From Thermoplasmatota archaeon (GTDB taxonomy: Archaea > Thermoplasmatota > E2 > UBA202 > JdFR-43), in contig JAPDJP010000012.1 of the NCBI GenBank assembly GCA_029259055.1, forward strand, positions 59,883 through 123,882: DNA of 64,000 nt, written 5' to 3'. Below, in pieces: positions 46,661-57,830 of the stretch. Position numbers and translations under genes: made by a program. The first letter of the stretch is position 1. Each line of letters begins with the position of its first letter. The notes under the pieces were generated by a model. The model did not search any database. It was not told where the DNA came from and saw only the letters and a list, made by a program, of their open reading frames with translations.

Positions 46661-47503
46661 TTATTCTTTTTGGGCAATCGCTATACCAACTAAGACAACA
46701 AATCCAGCCAAAATCGTTAACAATTTCATTTCTTCTCTTAATAAAATATGAGAAAATATTATTGAAAATATTGGTATTAAATATACAAAAAAAGACAATT
46801 TTGATATTTCCATTTTTTCCATTGCAGAATACCACAATATGTATGCGATAAATGTTGGAAAAACAGCAAGAAATATTATATATTTTAATGCTGTTATTTC
46901 AACCAAAATTTTTTCAGTAAAAATGAAGGGAAAAATAAAGAAAGTTCCTAAAACGGATGAATATGCTATTACTTGTATTGGCTTATAACCTTCATTTAAT
47001 AAATCCTTAGCTATTATCCCTCCAATTGAATAGCATATTGCAGAAAGTAAGATTAAAATATTACCAATTAAATCCCCTCCGCCTGTCGGGCTTGCTATTA
47101 AATATGTTCCAGAAAAAGCCAAGAATATTCCTATAATTTTATTTTTTGTTATTTTTTCATTTAAGAAAATATATGCAAGGATTATTACATAAATTGGCCC
47201 AGTGCTTTGCAAAAATCCAGAAATATATGCTGAAGTATATTTTAATCCAATATTTTGCAATATAACAGGAGAACTTACTCCTATAAATGCTAGTAAGGCA
47301 ATTTTTTTTAATTTTTTTGGCGTTTTAAATATTCTTCTTTCTAAAATTAAAATTAAAAAAAGAAATAAAATAGATGCCAATAAATACCTAAGAAAGGCAA
47401 ATAGAATGGGAGATATGCTACTTAATGCTAACCTTACAACTGGAAAAGAAGAACCCCATATGGAAGCAGATATACATGCAAACGCAATCTCTTTTAATTT
47501 CAT
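46661..47503 (-). CDS. EamA/DMT-family transporter (two EamA repeats, 10 TM)
   Basis: 280 aa with the hydrophobic pattern of two EamA domains. Confidence 0.8.
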   Translation of the reverse strand: MKLKEIAFACISASIWGSSFPVVRLALSSISPILFAFLRYLLASILFLFLILILERRIFKTPKKLKKIALLAFIGVSSPVILQNIGLKYTSAYISGFLQSTGPIYVIILAYIFLNEKITKNKIIGIFLAFSGTYLIASPTGGGDLIGNILILLSAICYSIGGIIAKDLLNEGYKPIQVIAYSSVLGTFFIFPFIFTEKILVEITALKYIIFLAVFPTFIAYILWYSAMEKMEISKLSFFVYLIPIFSIIFSHILLREEMKLLTILAGFVVLVGIAIAQKE

Positions 47504-47958
47504 TATATTATCTGAGAAGAAATATCTTCTGGCTCTCTATCACAATAAAAGCATTTTATCTTTAGTGGATTTCTACTTTTTACTATAAATTTTGGCTGTA
47601 TTGGTTCATTTGTATTTGATATGCAATTTGGATTAGCGCATTTAACAATTCCAATAATCTCATCTGGAATGGTGACTTTCCTTTTTTCAACTACTTCATA
47701 ATTCCTTATTATATTAATTGTGGCATTTGGGGCAATTAATGCGATTTTATTTACTTCTTCTGGATCTAGCTCCCTGTTTTCAATTTTAACAATATCTTTT
47801 TTTCCTCTTTTACCAACAACATTCATTGCTATACTTATTATTGAATCTGGTTGTTTTTCAAGCAATCCTAAAATTTTCAAAACTTTTAATGCATTTCCTG
47901 GTGTAATGTGGTCGATAACTGTTCCGTCTTTAATTGGCTGGACTTTTAATTCCTTCAT
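47503..47958 (-). CDS. pyrI: Aspartate carbamoyltransferase regulatory subunit PyrI
   Basis: 151 aa. N-terminus [16 protein letters not shown]-terminal Zn domain CANPNCISN...CFYCD. Confidence 0.9.
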   Translation of the reverse strand: MKELKVQPIKDGTVIDHITPGNALKVLKILGLLEKQPDSIISIAMNVVGKRGKKDIVKIENRELDPEEVNKIALIAPNATINIIRNYEVVEKRKVTIPDEIIGIVKCANPNCISNTNEPIQPKFIVKSRNPLKIKCFYCDREPEDISSQII

Positions 47959-47970
47959 CTATTCACCTCC

Positions 47971-48903
<933 letters not shown>

Positions 48904-48911
48904 TTAAATTC

Positions 48912-50567
48912 TTATACATTATATATTTCTTTGTATATTGGAGAATTTACGATTTCTTCTTTTCTTTCTCTAAATCTTTCCACTCTCTCTTTTGCTTCTA
49001 TAGATTTCTTCATAAGAATTTCTGCTCTTTTGCCAACAACTTTATTTTTCTCTAAAAATTTGTCTCTGTGGATATGAGGAAATACATTATAAGTGCAGAA
49101 AGGGATTAAATGAGGAGGAGCTAAATAATGTATGCTACATCTTTTAGTTCTATTTACATCATAATTGTAATAATCTTGGAAATGCATCATTCCTAAAAAT
49201 AAAAATCTATGATGGAATTTTCCTAAAGCCCTATAGTCTCCTTTTTCTATTACTTCATTTAATATCTCTGATAATTTTTCTCCATTTGGTAACTCATCTT
49301 CTATAATATATTCTGCTAATTTCTTTGCTAAAGCTTTTCTTAAACTTCCATATTTTATTGCGGTTGGCAATAATTTTGCTCCAAAAATTGCTTTTTTAAT
49401 AGCGCTTTTTTGCAATTCGGACACATCTTTTATGAAGCGGTCAACGTCTATGAAATGGGTAATTGGGAGTAATTTCTCACCATCTACATAAGCATATGTT
49501 GCCATACCACATTTCTCACTATTATAAAAATGAACATGTGGTTCTTTTCCTATTATATCTGCAAGAGAGGCAACAGTTGGAACGGGATACCATGCTTCTA
49601 TTCCAAAATTAAAGACTTTTTTCATTTCATAAATAATATCTGATTGAACAACCCTAAGCTTTTCTCTATCTCCTTTTTTAATATGTCCAACTAAGGAAAT
49701 TGGCTGGAAATTTACTCCTCTTATTCCTCTGCTTATATTTCTCATCGCAAATTTAACTATAAATGGCGTTTCCTTTAAATTTAATTGACTCACTGTAGGA
49801 ACAAGAACTATGCTTTTTAATCCTCCCTTTATATATGCTTCTAAAGCAAAAGGAGCTTCGTAATGATTTTTTGGATTGCTATTTTGCTTGGGAGATATTC
49901 CATCAAATGATGTATATACCGTTTTTAAACCAGCCTTAACCCATGAAGCCACTCTTCTTATTGCTTTTTCTGGTTCTTCAAAATATTCTATTCCAATTGA
50001 AACTGAATCAGTATTTAGTTGAACATGCGGGGAGCCCATTTCCCTCATCATTTTTATCATTTCTGCTAAATCGTCTCTTAAAGTTGGCTCTCCTCCAGTG
50101 ATTTGAATTGGTGGCATGTATCCATTGAATTCTTTTGCAATTTCTAATCCTTTTTTAATTTCCTCTAATGTGGGCTCATAAATAAAGCCAGCTTTTTCTT
50201 CATAAAAAAAACAATACCAGCATCTTAAGTCGCATCTATTAGTAGCGACAACATTTAATAAAGCTGTAGTATTTTTATGTTGATTGCATAATCCACAACT
50301 AACTAAATCTTCCTTATGTGTTATATTTGTGTTTATTTTGGCGATTTGGCTTGGTTTATATTTGATTATTTTGTCCCAATATTCTTTTGTTCCTATTCTT
50401 TCTATTGTTCCGTTCTCTTTAACTAAATATACATTATTATTTTTTTCAACATAGGCAGCATTTATTATTTTAATGGCATTTTCCTTTTGCAAAAAAATTT
50501 CATCGATACTTTTTGTTAATTCTAATATTGTAAAACCATTCTGCTTGGCATATTCTTCTATAAGCAT
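48912..50567 (-). CDS. Large radical-SAM protein (551 aa) of unassigned function, adjacent to a GGR-family flavoprotein
   Basis: NRCDLRCWYCFF CxxxCxxC motif after a ~110-aa N-terminal extension containing CGLC. ...QITGGEPTLRDD. Confidence 0.7.
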   Translation of the reverse strand: MLIEEYAKQNGFTILELTKSIDEIFLQKENAIKIINAAYVEKNNNVYLVKENGTIERIGTKEYWDKIIKYKPSQIAKINTNITHKEDLVSCGLCNQHKNTTALLNVVATNRCDLRCWYCFFYEEKAGFIYEPTLEEIKKGLEIAKEFNGYMPPIQITGGEPTLRDDLAEMIKMMREMGSPHVQLNTDSVSIGIEYFEEPEKAIRRVASWVKAGLKTVYTSFDGISPKQNSNPKNHYEAPFALEAYIKGGLKSIVLVPTVSQLNLKETPFIVKFAMRNISRGIRGVNFQPISLVGHIKKGDREKLRVVQSDIIYEMKKVFNFGIEAWYPVPTVASLADIIGKEPHVHFYNSEKCGMATYAYVDGEKLLPITHFIDVDRFIKDVSELQKSAIKKAIFGAKLLPTAIKYGSLRKALAKKLAEYIIEDELPNGEKLSEILNEVIEKGDYRALGKFHHRFLFLGMMHFQDYYNYDVNRTKRCSIHYLAPPHLIPFCTYNVFPHIHRDKFLEKNKVVGKRAEILMKKSIEAKERVERFRERKEEIVNSPIYKEIYNV

Positions 50568-50663
50568 TGGCTATCTATTTCTTTTTTATATATTAAATTT
50601 TCTTTTAGTTTCTTTAAATTTTAAATAAAAATTAAAAAAAATTAAAAAATTAAAATTAATAAA

Positions 50664-51716
50664 TTACCATCCCCATTTTAATGAATGACAAAATGCCTTA
50701 TAAATTTTGTACATTTTAAGAAGCGTAGAGGGATGCCATAATAAATGGAATAAATCCCAAAATTTTATTTCTTTTAATTCTTTACCGTTAATCTTCTTAT
50801 AAAACATTTCCATTTCTTTTTCTTCGGTTTTAAATATTGTTTCCATACCTTTAATTAGCACTGGATTAAGAATAGGATGCTTTTTAATTTCTTTTTCATA
50901 CTTTTCCAAATCATTTATGTTTCGGGCAAGTATTTCAGCAGCATATATTATTGGGGAAAGACCGCCAAGTGAGAAAGGATTTGTTAAGCAAGCTGCATCT
51001 CCAATAAGAGCTACTTTTTTATCTGCTATTCTTTGAACACTACCAACTGGAATGGCTCCGCCGGTTTTTTTAATGATTTTTCCTTTTATATTTTTATATC
51101 TTAAAAATTTATCAAGCATTGAAAATTTCCCAATTAGCCCAACATTTATACTTTTTTCTTTTGGGAAAATCCAAGCATAGTAATGGGAAAATTTTCTATC
51201 TGTATAGAACTCTAAATAATCCATATTTTCTGTATCATATTCTATTTCATATTGGCACCCTATCATATAATTGTATGTATTACCAAAATATTCTTTTATA
51301 ACTGAAAAAGGACCATCTGCCCCTATACATATTTCATATTTCTCTTTTTCTCCATTTATATAAATATATTTGTTATCAATTTTTTCCACTTTTTTTGAAA
51401 ATTCAATTTCTCCCCCTCTTTTTAAAAATTCATGAGCCATTTTTTCTAACCATTTTTGCCTATTTAATACCATGCCATCAACATCTACATAAAAAAACCA
51501 TTTTCCAAAGAACATTTTTATTCCTTTAACTTTTTTTGCTATTGCTTCCTCATAATCAAAAGGCAGTTTTTTTAAAGATTTTTCATCACAACCTTCTCCG
51601 CAAGCTGTGCTTCTTATTTCTCTATTTTTTTCAAAAATTTTCACATCATAACCTCTATCAATCAAAAATAAACCAGTTATTAAACCAGCGGGGCCTGCCC
51701 CAACAATATATATCAC
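50664..51716 (-). CDS. Geranylgeranyl-reductase-family FAD-dependent oxidoreductase (second GGR-like paralog)
   Basis: 350 aa. IYIVGAGPAGL dinucleotide-binding N-terminus and a CGEGC motif. GGR/FixC-like. Confidence 0.7.
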   Translation of the reverse strand: MIYIVGAGPAGLITGLFLIDRGYDVKIFEKNREIRSTACGEGCDEKSLKKLPFDYEEAIAKKVKGIKMFFGKWFFYVDVDGMVLNRQKWLEKMAHEFLKRGGEIEFSKKVEKIDNKYIYINGEKEKYEICIGADGPFSVIKEYFGNTYNYMIGCQYEIEYDTENMDYLEFYTDRKFSHYYAWIFPKEKSINVGLIGKFSMLDKFLRYKNIKGKIIKKTGGAIPVGSVQRIADKKVALIGDAACLTNPFSLGGLSPIIYAAEILARNINDLEKYEKEIKKHPILNPVLIKGMETIFKTEEKEMEMFYKKINGKELKEIKFWDLFHLLWHPSTLLKMYKIYKAFCHSLKWGW

Positions 51717-51759
51717 GATTTTATTATTGCTTTATATATATATTTTTCATTAGGTTCAT

Positions 51760-52962
51760 ATGGATATTATCTGCGGTAGAATTTATATTGGAGAATTAAT
51801 CAATGCATGCATTGGCATAGAAAATGGAAAAATAGTTAAGATTAAAAAAAATTTGGAAGGAAGAAAAATAGATTATGGTAATTTAGTCATTTTCCCAGCT
51901 GGTATAGACGTACATGTTCATTTTAGAGAGCCTGGCTATGAATATAAAGAAGATTTTTTTACTGGAAGTAGAGCGGCTGCGCTGGCGGGCATAACTTGTG
52001 TTCTTGATATGCCCAATAATATGCCGCCAATCATAAATAAGGAAAGATTCAATGAGAAAGTTAAAAAAATTAAAAATAAGGCATGCATAGATTATGGATT
52101 ATATGGCGGGGTAAGAAAAGATGGAAAAATGGAAGATATGGATTGTATTGGATACAAAATTTATTTAACTGAAGTTTCTTGTCCTATTGAAAACGTTTTA
52201 AAGGAGCTAAAGAGGTTTAATAAACCTGTTGCTGTCCATGCAGAATATAATATTAATGAAGACAAAATAAAAAATTTGGAGGAGCATGAAAGAAATAGAG
52301 GGAAAGAATGCGAGCTAACAGCTTTGAAAAGATTAATTGAAGCAAATGAAAAAATAGGTGTAAAGATGCACATATGTCATATTACAACTAGCGATTCGAT
52401 TGATATAATAAAAAATAGAACAAGCTATGGAGTTACTCTTCATCATTTATTGTTTTCTTACGAAAGAAAATTTAAAGTAGAAGCAATGGGAAAAGTCAAT
52501 CCACCTTTGAGGAGCGAGGAAGAAAGAAAAAAACTATATGAAAGATTTATAAAAGGAGATATACCTATTTTAGAATCAGACCATGCTCCTCATTCGTTTG
52601 AAGAAAAGATGAAAATTTGGGATGCCCCATCTGGTATGCCCGGCGTTGATGCCTTATTGCCGATAATGCTTTATAAAGTAAAGAGGGGGCTTAACATTGA
52701 TTTATTATATAAAATGGTGTGTAAGAATCCATCCGATTTTTTTGGTATAAATAAGGGTAGTATTCAAGTTGGGAAGGATGCTGATTTTATAATCATTGAT
52801 TTTAAAAAGGAGAGTAAAATAAAGGCATTATCAAAATGTGGGTGGAGTTGTTATGAAGGAATGAAATGTATATATCCAAAACATGTTTATCTAAGGGGAA
52901 ATAAAATTGTTGAAAATGGTGAATTTGTTGGAGACAAGGGAAAAGGAAAGATGATAAAATGA
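51760..52962 (+). CDS. pyrC: Dihydroorotase PyrC (cyclic amidohydrolase family)
   Basis: 400 aa. DVHVHFREPG metal-binding HxH motif. Adjacent to the pyrBI region. Confidence 0.8.
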   Translation: MDIICGRIYIGELINACIGIENGKIVKIKKNLEGRKIDYGNLVIFPAGIDVHVHFREPGYEYKEDFFTGSRAAALAGITCVLDMPNNMPPIINKERFNEKVKKIKNKACIDYGLYGGVRKDGKMEDMDCIGYKIYLTEVSCPIENVLKELKRFNKPVAVHAEYNINEDKIKNLEEHERNRGKECELTALKRLIEANEKIGVKMHICHITTSDSIDIIKNRTSYGVTLHHLLFSYERKFKVEAMGKVNPPLRSEEERKKLYERFIKGDIPILESDHAPHSFEEKMKIWDAPSGMPGVDALLPIMLYKVKRGLNIDLLYKMVCKNPSDFFGINKGSIQVGKDADFIIIDFKKESKIKALSKCGWSCYEGMKCIYPKHVYLRGNKIVENGEFVGDKGKGKMIK

Positions 52963-53420
52963 ATTTAATAGATTTTTTGTTGATTATTTTATTATCGATG
53001 CTTCCTTTTTGGGAAGCAAGATATACCATCCCGTTTATAATAGCAAAATATAAGGTTAATATTTTTTTGATATCTATAGCAATTTTAGCTAATTTTGTTC
53101 CTGTTCCTTTTATTTTAAAATTTTTAGAACCCATTGAAAAATGGTTAAGGAAATGGAGATTTTGGGATAATTTGCTTAATAAAATTTTTGAACATACTAG
53201 GAAAAAAACAAAAAGAAGTATAGAAAAATGGGAAAGTCTCGCTTTAATCGTTTTTGTTGCTATTCCATTACCTGTAACAGGTGCATGGACTGGGAGTTTG
53301 GCGGCTTACCTTTTTGGATTGGATTTTAAAAAATCTTTGATTTGCATTTTTATTGGCATATGCATTGCCTCAATAATCATATCAATTGCTTCTATTACGG
53401 GGATAAGACTGCTTAAATAA
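52959..53420 (+). CDS. Small multi-TM membrane protein (COG2426-like putative small exporter)
   Basis: 153 aa, four hydrophobic helices. Confidence 0.4.
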   Translation: MNLIDFLLIILLSMLPFWEARYTIPFIIAKYKVNIFLISIAILANFVPVPFILKFLEPIEKWLRKWRFWDNLLNKIFEHTRKKTKRSIEKWESLALIVFVAIPLPVTGAWTGSLAAYLFGLDFKKSLICIFIGICIASIIISIASITGIRLLK

Positions 53421-53490
53421 TTGGCTGAATATATGGAGATATAGAAACCCTTAAATACTGTAAAACCTTTAACCTAAACCATGCGGTTTT

Positions 53491-54552
53491 TTGAAAGTGA
53501 ATAAAATGAAAATAGAAGAAATAATAAATGATAAGGGAGTAATTAGTAAGCTATCTAAAGATGGCATTATTGAAGCAACAAAAGTACAAGAAAAAGCTAT
53601 ACCTATTATAACTAAAGGGAAGGATTCTATTATACAATCCGAAACTGGTTCAGGTAAAACGCTTGTTTTTGTCCTATCTATTGTTGAAAATATTGATAGG
53701 AAGGGACTAAGAGCACTTATTGTTGTGCCAACAAGAGAATTAGCAAAACAGATAACGCATGTATTCCTCAAATATACAAATCTTAAAACAGTAAGTATAT
53801 ATGGTGGTGTCCCAACAAATATGCAAAAATTGGAAGAAGCAAATGTCGCAGTTGGCACCCCCGGAAGATTAATTGATTTGCTAAACAAAGGAAAATTGGT
53901 TCTTAACAACATACAGTTTTTTATTCTTGATGAAGCGGACAGAATGCTTGATATGGGCTTCATTACAGATATAGAAAAAATCATAGAGGCATGCAATAAG
54001 GAAAGGCAGACAGTATTTTTTTCTGCTACTGTATCAAAGGAAGTTTTAAGGATAGGTAATAAATATATGAAGCAACCCGAGAAAGTTTTTATTGAAAGAA
54101 GTATAACAAAAGCAAAACACAAGTATTATGTTGTTTCAGCAAACGAGAAGTTTTCTCTTTTACTTAATCTCCTAAAAAGCAATAATTCTCATTCATTGGT
54201 GTTTTGCGCAACAAAAAAGACAGTTAAAAATGTTGCAAAACAACTCAGAAAAAATGATATAAAAGCTGGTGCAATTCATGGCGATTTAAACCAAAGACAA
54301 AGAGAAAATGTTTTGAATAAATTTAGAAAAAAATGGATAAATGTTCTTGTTGCAACAGATGTAGCGGCCAGGGGTTTAGATATAAAAGGAATAACGCACA
54401 TATATAATTTCGATATACCAAATGGAGTGGATATGTATATTCATAGAGCTGGAAGAACAGCAAGAATGGGAAGCGAAGGAAAAATAATCTCTTTTGTTCG
54501 CCAAAAAGAATATTTAAAGTATATGGAAATTATTCATTCAGTCAGTAAATAA
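53491..54552 (+). CDS. DEAD-box ATP-dependent RNA helicase
   Basis: Motifs SETGSGKT (I), PTRELA (Ia), DEAD, SAT, HRAGRTAR (VI). Confidence 0.9.
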   Translation: MKVNKMKIEEIINDKGVISKLSKDGIIEATKVQEKAIPIITKGKDSIIQSETGSGKTLVFVLSIVENIDRKGLRALIVVPTRELAKQITHVFLKYTNLKTVSIYGGVPTNMQKLEEANVAVGTPGRLIDLLNKGKLVLNNIQFFILDEADRMLDMGFITDIEKIIEACNKERQTVFFSATVSKEVLRIGNKYMKQPEKVFIERSITKAKHKYYVVSANEKFSLLLNLLKSNNSHSLVFCATKKTVKNVAKQLRKNDIKAGAIHGDLNQRQRENVLNKFRKKWINVLVATDVAARGLDIKGITHIYNFDIPNGVDMYIHRAGRTARMGSEGKIISFVRQKEYLKYMEIIHSVSK

Positions 54553-54578
54553 TTTATAATATAACTCCTTATCTCATC

Positions 54579-54794
54579 GTGTGTTTAGCTATACCAGGAA
54601 AAATTATTGAAATAAGGGGAAAGAAAGCAAAAGTGGATTATGGAGGAATATTAAGAGATGTTGATATTTCATTGGTTGATGCAAAAGAAGGAGATTATGT
54701 TATAGTGCATGCTGGCTTTGCGATACAAGTTTTAGATGAAAAGAATGCAATCGAAACATTAAAAATATTTGAAGAAATAGCAAAAAATGCATGA
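54579..54794 (+). CDS. hypC: Hydrogenase maturation factor HypC
   Basis: 71 aa. MCLAIPGKIIEI N-terminus. Confidence 0.8.
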   Translation: MCLAIPGKIIEIRGKKAKVDYGGILRDVDISLVDAKEGDYVIVHAGFAIQVLDEKNAIETLKIFEEIAKNA

Positions 54795-55191
54795 ATTTTC
54801 TACTATGCAACAAATTATTAATACTGTTTTAGAAGAAGCTAAAAAATACAATGCCAAAAAAATTTATAAAATTGTTTTGGAAATAGGAGAACTCACTTTT
54901 CTTGGAGAGGAGCAATTAAAGTTTGCTTTCGATATTTTGAAAGAGGGAACAATTGCTGAGGAGGCGGAGCTTGTAATTAAAAAAATAAAGGCAAGAATAA
55001 AATGTAAATGTGGATATGAAGGATATGTTGAATATGGTATAAAAGATGATTTTCATCTTGTTTTCCCTATAATAAAATGTCCAATTTGCAATAATGAAGT
55101 AGAAATTGTTAGGGGAAGGGAATGCCTAATAAAAAAAATGGAAATGGAGGTTGAAAATGGAAAAAAAGAAAATCGCGGAAAAGATTGTTGA
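54787..55191 (+). CDS. hypA: Hydrogenase nickel-insertion protein HypA
   Basis: N-terminus MHEFS. Zn site CKCGY...CPICN. Confidence 0.8.
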   Translation: MHEFSTMQQIINTVLEEAKKYNAKKIYKIVLEIGELTFLGEEQLKFAFDILKEGTIAEEAELVIKKIKARIKCKCGYEGYVEYGIKDDFHLVFPIIKCPICNNEVEIVRGRECLIKKMEMEVENGKKENRGKDC

Positions 55192-56245
55192 GGGAATTAG
55201 GCAATTAAACTTGAATCTTAAAATAATGCATGTATGCGGGACACATCAAGATACTATAGTGAGGTATGGATTGGGTGATTTATTAAGAAAATGCGGAATA
55301 GAAGTTATTCAAGGACCTGGCTGTCCAGTTTGCGTAACTACCCCATTAGAAATAGAAAAAGGGATTAGATTAGCTGAAAAGGGGATTACTCTCGCAACTT
55401 TTGGGGACATGATAAGGGTTCCTTCTAGAAATAGAACACTTGAAAAAATAAGAGCAAAAGGAGGAAAAGTAAAGATTGTTTATAGTATAAGTGATGCATT
55501 AAAAATTGCTGAAAAAGAAGAAGTAGTTTTCTTTGCTGTTGGTTTTGAAACAACAGCTCCATCAACTGCCGTTACAATATTGAATGAGCCAAAAAATTTT
55601 TATGTACTCAGCTGTCATCGTTACATTCCTCCCGCTTTGGATGCCTTGCTTGGGCTTGGGGAAGTAAGAATAGATGGTATAATTTGTCCGGGACATGTTT
55701 CAACTATAATTGGGATGAAGCCCTATATTCCGATTGCAAAAAAATATAAGATTCCTCATGTAATAGCTGGTTTTGAACCCCTTGATGTGTTATTAGCTGT
55801 GTATATGATCGCTAAGCAGGTTGATGAAGGAAGATATGATGTTGAAAATGAATATATAAGATGTGTTAGATACGATGGAAATGAAAAAGCAAAGAAAATA
55901 TTGAATGAGGTTTTTGAGCCCGTATCAGCAAAATGGAGAGGATTTCCAGAAATAGAAAAATCAAAAATGGAAATTAAAAAAGAATTCGAAGAATATGATG
56001 CAGAGAAAATATATGAGGACCTTTTAGAAGATATTGAGGAGCCGGAAGAGCCGAAAGGCTGTAGATGTGGGGATGTTTTAAGAGGGGTTATTTATCCTCA
56101 GCAATGTCCTTTATTTGGCAAAATATGCAATCCTTCTAATCCTGTAGGGCCATGCATGGTGAGTATTGAAGGAGCATGTAACATTGAATATAAATATGGT
56201 AAAATGTATTTGAATAATGATAGAAATAAAAACTGGAACAATTGA
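55151..56245 (+). CDS. hypD: Hydrogenase maturation factor HypD
   Basis: 364 aa. CGTHQD, GPGCPVC and CPGH motifs, with a C-terminal CxxH...C cluster. Confidence 0.9.
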   Translation: MKMEKKKIAEKIVEGIRQLNLNLKIMHVCGTHQDTIVRYGLGDLLRKCGIEVIQGPGCPVCVTTPLEIEKGIRLAEKGITLATFGDMIRVPSRNRTLEKIRAKGGKVKIVYSISDALKIAEKEEVVFFAVGFETTAPSTAVTILNEPKNFYVLSCHRYIPPALDALLGLGEVRIDGIICPGHVSTIIGMKPYIPIAKKYKIPHVIAGFEPLDVLLAVYMIAKQVDEGRYDVENEYIRCVRYDGNEKAKKILNEVFEPVSAKWRGFPEIEKSKMEIKKEFEEYDAEKIYEDLLEDIEEPEEPKGCRCGDVLRGVIYPQQCPLFGKICNPSNPVGPCMVSIEGACNIEYKYGKMYLNNDRNKNWNN

Positions 56246-56537
56246 AGAAAGGATAATAAAAACTTTGCAAAATAAATATCCAATTACATTAAAGGAATTG
56301 AGCAAGGAATTGGGAATATCTGAAAGTAAATTAAAAGCTGAATTGTTAAAGCTTCAGTCAAAAAATATTTTAATTCTAGAGCCTCTACCAGATAAAATTT
56401 TTATTAGATTAATAAGATTTGATTTCGTTTTTGTTGGTAGAAGAAGGCAGTATAAATTTATAAAGAAAAAGAAAATAAAGGGAGAGGAAGGAGAAAAAGA
56501 GGAAGAAGAAGGAAAAGATGATTTTATGTATGTTTAG
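56217..56537 (+). CDS. Hypothetical small protein with K/E-rich tail
   Basis: 106 aa with a possible wHTH N-terminus. Overlaps the hypD stop. Confidence 0.35.
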   Translation: MIEIKTGTIEERIIKTLQNKYPITLKELSKELGISESKLKAELLKLQSKNILILEPLPDKIFIRLIRFDFVFVGRRRQYKFIKKKKIKGEEGEKEEEEGKDDFMYV

Positions 56538-57262
56538 TCCCTTAACAAATCTAAGGGTTCAATTATCCCCATATATTCATTATTTTTGCAAACAACCGCA
56601 AATCCTTGTTCCTCCATAATATCAATTAATTCTTCTTTTTCGTAGGGGGAGCAAACTTTAACCCCTCTTTCCATAAATCCCTTAATAGGGGCTTCAAGTA
56701 ATGATGTTTTTTCTTGATGATAATCTGTTATTTTTTCATGGGTTGTGATAACTTTTAAAATATCTCTAACACATACTATGCCCAAAAATTTATTTCCATC
56801 TAAAACGGGCAAAAATCTTTCATTCCTCTTTTTCATTAAATTAATTACTTCTCCTATTTCATCATCCTCCCCCACGCCATCTACATACCTCATAAGCATT
56901 TCTGCATTCTTATCTATACCAATTTTCTTGGCAATATCCAAAGCTGTTACATATCCGAGTAATTCTTTATTTGATGTAACAATTATTACATCTACCCCAC
57001 TTTTCACCATTTTCTCTTTTGCTTTTCTAATAGAATAGCTTGCATCAAGCTTTGGAACTCCAACAACAAATCCCTTTACTTTTTCTCTTCCAGATAACTT
57101 TGTTTTTATTAATCTTCTCTCATCTATTATCCCCCACGGTTTTTTTCCATCCATAATAATCGGGAAATCTTTTTCTTCATATAAATACCCGAAAATTTTA
57201 CTCACTTCTTCATTCTTGTCAATTTCCTTAAAATCTTTTCTAACAATATCTCCAAGCATCAA
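56534..57262 (-). CDS. CBS-domain protein (two CBS pairs)
   Basis: 242 aa with repeated CBS-like segments. Confidence 0.7.
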   Translation of the reverse strand: MMLGDIVRKDFKEIDKNEEVSKIFGYLYEEKDFPIIMDGKKPWGIIDERRLIKTKLSGREKVKGFVVGVPKLDASYSIRKAKEKMVKSGVDVIIVTSNKELLGYVTALDIAKKIGIDKNAEMLMRYVDGVGEDDEIGEVINLMKKRNERFLPVLDGNKFLGIVCVRDILKVITTHEKITDYHQEKTSLLEAPIKGFMERGVKVCSPYEKEELIDIMEEQGFAVVCKNNEYMGIIEPLDLLRD

Positions 57263-57293
57263 AATATAAGTAAAAATTTTATAATAAATCTTT

Positions 57294-57830
57294 TTATTCT
57301 AGGGTAGCATGCCTTCTTTTCATACTTTCCTCGCTTTCTCCTTTTTTAGCCATTAATTCTGCTATTAAGCCATCTAAAAAAATCCAAGCAGATGCTTCAA
57401 ATAATGTTCCTAAAGGAGCTAAATCAGCTTTTTTATCTCTTGGCTTTAAAATAACAACCAAATCTGCAAATCTTGCAATGTGGGAATCTGGATTTGCTGT
57501 TATTGATATTATCTTTGCTCCTAATCGACGGGCAATTTCTGCCGTCATTGCAACAGGTATTGTTTCTCCTGAGCCTGAAATTAAAACAACCAGATCTCCT
57601 TTTCTTACTGGCTTTGTTATTGTTTCACCAATAACAAAAGTGGGAAAACCTAAATGAACCAATCTTATTGCAAAAGCTTTTCCAACTAATCCGCTTCTAC
57701 CAGCTCCATAAACAAATATATTTTTTGCTTTGAAAAAATAATCTACAATTTCTTCTATCTTCTCTTTTTCAATTTGGAGAATCTGTTTGATTTCTTTCCA
57801 TATATAATCAATAGCTTCTTCAAACTTCAT
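57294..57830 (-). CDS. SIS-domain sugar-phosphate isomerase (6-phospho-3-hexuloisomerase-like)
   Basis: 178 aa. FVYGAGRSGLVGKAFAIRL...LISGSGET is the SIS signature. Confidence 0.65.
   Translation of the reverse strand: MKFEEAIDYIWKEIKQILQIEKEKIEEIVDYFFKAKNIFVYGAGRSGLVGKAFAIRLVHLGFPTFVIGETITKPVRKGDLVVLISGSGETIPVAMTAEIARRLGAKIISITANPDSHIARFADLVVILKPRDKKADLAPLGTLFEASAWIFLDGLIAELMAKKGESEESMKRRHATLE

Noticed and set aside
53469-54122. 217-aa minus-strand ORF
   Set aside because: It lies entirely antisense to the DEAD-box helicase gene, whose motifs I, Ia, II, III and VI are all intact.
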